Shown here piece by piece: positions 16,406-17,640 of a stretch of DNA of 17,640 nt. Each line of letters opens with the position of its first letter. The stretch's first letter is position 1. Location of the stretch: contig JBHLSH010000079.1 in assembly GCA_048881705.1 (NCBI GenBank), positions 1 to 17,640 on the forward strand, in the 5' to 3' direction. The notes under the pieces were generated by a model that saw nothing but the letters and a program-made list of their open reading frames with translations, did not search any database and was not told the origin of the DNA. A program made the position numbers and the translations under genes. This DNA is from Candidatus Heimdallarchaeota archaeon (GTDB taxonomy: Archaea > Asgardarchaeota > Heimdallarchaeia > Hodarchaeales > Hodarchaeaceae).

Positions 16406-16594
16406 TTAGTCTATCCTTCGACGTCTGTTAAAATTCTTACGTTGCCACGAATAACGACGTAATTTTGGGCTAGGATACCCGCAATGTGCACAGCGATGTT
16501 TAGATTTATGATAACTTCGCTGACCACATCGTCTACACTGGATGTGAGTGCGTTTGCTCGTATGTCTGCCAAATGATGCTGTACCTTTGGTCAC
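16406..16594 (-). CDS. rpl37e: 50S ribosomal protein L37e
   Basis: MTKGTASFG, CRRC...CAHC zinc finger and LRRYSW; GTG start with AGGAGG Shine-Dalgarno at 16608-16603. Confidence 0.97.
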   Translation of the reverse strand: MTKGTASFGRHTSKRTHIQCRRCGQRSYHKSKHRCAHCGYPSPKLRRYSWQRKNFNRRRRID

Positions 16595-16621
16595 ACTGAA
16601 TACCTCCTGTTGTGAGCGTGA

Positions 16622-16861
16622 TTATGGAGGAGAGATTAGGATAACATTATCTCCTCTGAGGATGATATGACCCAATTCCTCAGTTTTCGCCTCATCTTCT
16701 TCACCTTGGGCTGGATGAATCAGTTCGGCATCTTCCAACACAAGGTTGAGGTGGGGGTCGTAACTTCGTAGGATACCTCGAATCTCTCGGTTTCCTCGAA
16801 CCTTGAGGATCACCGTTTTATTAAGGGCTTCGTTTAAAACATCTAATGGGCGTTGTACCAT
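16622..16861 (-). CDS. lsm: Sm-like archaeal protein (Lsm/SmAP1)
   Basis: Sm1 (RGILRSYDPHLNLVLEDAE) and Sm2 (IILRGDNVILISP) motifs; conserved archaeal lsm-rpl37e synteny. Confidence 0.96.
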   Translation of the reverse strand: MVQRPLDVLNEALNKTVILKVRGNREIRGILRSYDPHLNLVLEDAELIHPAQGEEDEAKTEELGHIILRGDNVILISPP

Positions 16862-16887
16862 GCGAATTTCATATCCATAAGATTAAA

Positions 16888-17027
16888 TGCTCCGACCGGG
16901 ATTTTCAGGACGAGAGAACGACTCTGAACCCTTTGAACCCGGGTATCCTCCTTCGTTCCAGATTTAAGAGGAACGAAGCCTTAGGGGTGAAAGCCCTAAA
17001 TGATGGGCCAAGCTACACTATCGGAGC
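16888..17027 (-). tRNA. tRNA-Glu: tRNA-Glu(UUC) with two non-canonical introns: 45/46 (16979-16945, 35 nt) and 59/60 (16931-16902, 30 nt)
   Basis: Removing both introns gives a 75-nt cloverleaf: GCTCCGA TA GTGT AGCTTGGCCCA TCAT T TAGGG CT TTC AC CCCTA AGAC CCGGG TTCAAAT CCCGG TCGGAGC A. Strict BHB at 59/60, relaxed BHB at 45/46. Confidence 0.92.
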
Positions 17028-17165
17028 GTGCCTCTAGCAGCTTTTCAAGACCAACAAATCACTCTGACAGCCTTTTATAAGCAGTAGGGCGTGTAACCAT
17101 TTCTTATTAAAAAGCTATTAACATTTCTTGAACAATCAACTCCACCTCGCGAGTATTCAGGAATC

Positions 17166-17543
17166 ATGGTATCTAAAAAGCAAAAGCGTCTAGTCCGAAG
17201 AACCGAGAAGCGAGAACAACAATCGTTTGGAAAAGAAGCCGTATCATATTTACTAGACGAGAGTCTCCAACTACGGGTGCGCGACACTCAGCGGGCACAG
17301 GATCTTGCAAAAGATGCACTAAAGATTCGAACACGAGTGAAGATCCACCTTCCGCGTCAATACAGAATGAAGTTTTGTCGGGCATGTCATACCCCCTTAA
17401 GCGTGGAAACCGTCCGGGTAAGATTAAACAGCAAAAAGCGGCAAGTCCACTATCAATGTCTAATGTGCGGGCAAGAACGTCGATTTGGATACTTGGATCC
17501 TAAGAGGAGAAAAAGAAAAAAACCGAAACGGAGCACTCATTAG
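17166..17543 (+). CDS. rnp4: Ribonuclease P protein component 4 (Rpp21)
   Basis: AQDLAKDALKIRTRVKIHLPRQYRMKFCRACHTPL...VRVRL...YQCLMCGQERRF, a CxxC...CxxC zinc ribbon. Confidence 0.9.
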   Translation: MVSKKQKRLVRRTEKREQQSFGKEAVSYLLDESLQLRVRDTQRAQDLAKDALKIRTRVKIHLPRQYRMKFCRACHTPLSVETVRVRLNSKKRQVHYQCLMCGQERRFGYLDPKRRKRKKPKRSTH

Positions 17544-17583
17544 AAGAAGTAATTAGAAGCGTAATTAGTACGGAGATTTTCTT

Positions 17584-17640
17584 ATGTATTGTGCTGTATA
17601 CACCACTGTTGCCACATTAGAAGATGCTACGAATATCGGA
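17584..17640 (+). CDS. cutA: Probable start of divalent-cation tolerance protein CutA (partial)
   Basis: ATG 17584 gives MYCAVYTTVATLEDATNIG, matching the CutA N-terminal VYTT...e.A..I pattern. GGAG lies upstream. Only 19 codons are visible. Confidence 0.5.
   Translation, partial: MYCAVYTTVATLEDATNIG

Noticed and set aside
16846-17037. 63-aa plus-strand ORF, and an initial idea that this hairpin-rich stretch is RNase P RNA or SRP RNA because it neighbours rnp4
   Set aside because: The whole stretch is explained by the minus-strand two-intron tRNA-Glu, and no RNase P P4 or SRP motifs are seen.
416-17385. Numerous 60-130 aa antisense or alternate-frame ORFs in the track (e.g. 571..828, 1409..1729, 3616..4002, 8316..8576, 10242..10481, 15220..15555, 17075..17287)
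   Set aside because: They lie wholly or largely within well-supported genes and have no motifs, so they are shadow ORFs.
1-17640. CRISPR array, IS element, integrase/att site, or Sec/Pyl recoding
   Set aside because: No regularly spaced repeats, no transposase or integrase ORFs, no duplicated tRNA 3' ends, and no gene appears interrupted by an in-frame stop.

Overview
Archaeal chromosomal core region with no mobile element, CRISPR array or rRNA. It is inferred to be Asgard-like from a eukaryote-type Top3, a roadblock-like protein and a DPM2-like protein. Left to right it holds: a partial AK6/Fap7-type kinase; a type IA topoisomerase resembling eukaryotic TOP3B along its length; a membrane-anchored transglutaminase-fold glycoprotein whose catalytic Cys is replaced by Ser; a DPM2-like 2-TM protein; a UbiA-family polyprenyl-phosphate phosphoribosyltransferase; a roadblock/LC7-like protein; a Thr-rich membrane protein; a DUF5678-like protein; glmS; an ArsR-type HTH regulator; acetate-CoA ligase beta; a 4-TM protein; tRNA-Gly(UCC); aRF1 with NIRS instead of NIKS; a divergent ureohydrolase; pyrH; tRNA-Phe(GAA) with two introns; rpl37e; lsm; tRNA-Glu(UUC) with two non-canonical introns; Rpp21; and the start of cutA. 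The strongest leads are the TOP3B-like enzyme, the Ser-His-Asp transglutaminase-fold protein, the DPM2-like protein in a surface-glycosylation neighbourhood, and four BHB tRNA introns at four different positions. All family comparisons are from recalled motifs and no searches were run, so novelty is unverified.
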